A stretch of 64,000 bases of DNA from the NCBI RefSeq assembly GCF_004010195.1, contig NC_057718.1, positions 27,011,631 to 27,075,630 on the forward strand, in the 5' to 3' direction. Source of the stretch: Chiloscyllium plagiosum (lineage: Eukaryota). The stretch's first letter is position 1; each line of letters starts with the position of its first letter. The translations under genes were made by a program, and so were the position numbers. The notes beneath the pieces were generated by a model, which saw only the letters and a program-made list of their open reading frames with translations, was not told where the DNA came from and searched no databases. This document shows positions 63,120 to 64,000 of the stretch, in pieces.

Positions 63120-63230
63120 CAAGAGCGCTATCCAAGGACCTCCCTCAGAACCAGGAGACCCAGTTTTGAATCCCACAAGTTATCAAGTTGTGTAGTAACA
63201 TCTCTGAATAGGTCAATCAGAAAATGTTCA
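63120..63230 (+). mobile_element. Short tRNA-derived SINE head (related copies near 5695-5785 +, 42322-42440 -, 52300-52395 +)
   Basis: B-box-like gttttgaatcccac followed by tgtagtaacatctctgaataggtcaatcag, shared among the copies. Confidence 0.55.
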
Positions 63231-64000
63231 CCGTAGGACCTCCTGCAGTGTTGTTGTGGTGTTGAAATGACTAGCAGCAAGTTTCTTATTTATCTGACTT
63301 CCCCGTTCATTTGAACTTTATTTGATGCTGTGAAGCATGTAAAATATTATTGACAAACTCATGCATTTGCATATCCAATAAAGCACCATTACCATAAATA
63401 TGAGCAGTTACTTACCTACAAGTATACATTTAACTTAGCACAAAAAAGGCAGTGGAAAATATTGAAAATGTAAATCTGTAGTATTTAAATCAGTATTTTC
63501 ATTTTTCATAAACTAAATCCGAAATTAGTATGTTACTACATCTCTGTTTTCAACCTGCAATTCGGCATAATTAGCCTCTTAGAGTACACTGGTTTCACTT
63601 TTATGAGTTGGAAATATTTAAAATCGCTGTCATTTCTGCCCTTCCCAGTTATTGCTTTCTCTTGATGAGAAAATGGTAAATTTTTCAATCTGATGACAGT
63701 AAAGTTGTGAGAATGTGTCAGGCTAAATTTCATGGAGGCCTGGGAATTTGCAAAGTATTACTAGAATTGTACCAATGCAATAAATATGAACGTGTACTGA
63801 CTTGGCCAGCAAATCTTGCAAGTGGTGTTACTAATAGCAAGTGTTCCTGGGTGCAAGTGACATGCAACTTTAAAAGGGCGGTATAACATTTCATGTCATT
63901 GGGCAGTTAACATTTCCTTATATAGGTCTTGTTAATGTCTATTTGTACAGAATGCTAAAATCCTCCAATACTCATTAATCTCCAGTCACAATAGTGGATA

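Noticed and set aside
63951..64000. Possible start of exon 10 after ttgtacag
   Set aside because: The required phase 1 gives an immediate stop (GAA TGC TAA) and there is no ASPP2 similarity.

Overview
Eukaryotic vertebrate genomic DNA, most likely a shark or other elasmobranch (inferred from HE1/V-SINE-type SINEs and abundant CR1 and Penelope elements), from a draft assembly with six N gaps. The window lies inside one + strand gene, a TP53BP2/ASPP2-family gene. Eight coding exons (equivalent to human exons 2-9, 14438-57813) can be read with AG/GT boundaries and a continuous frame. Exon 1 and exons from 10 onward were not found. The introns are dominated by transposon debris: CR1 and L2-type LINEs, tRNA SINEs, Harbinger, pogo and Tc2-type DNA-element remnants, and a Gypsy fragment. 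The most interesting signal is a set of at least three Penelope-like element (PLE) families whose terminal repeats carry minimal hammerhead-ribozyme cores. These families have produced many short (130-270 bp) fold-back hairpin insertions with 10-15 bp target-site duplications. Also notable: inverted CR1 copies flanking exons 2-3 share the same nonsense mutations, and a CpG-retention signature near 1-4 kb hints at a nearby promoter. Family names come from recalled motifs, not database searches, and repeat boundaries are approximate unless a TSD is given.
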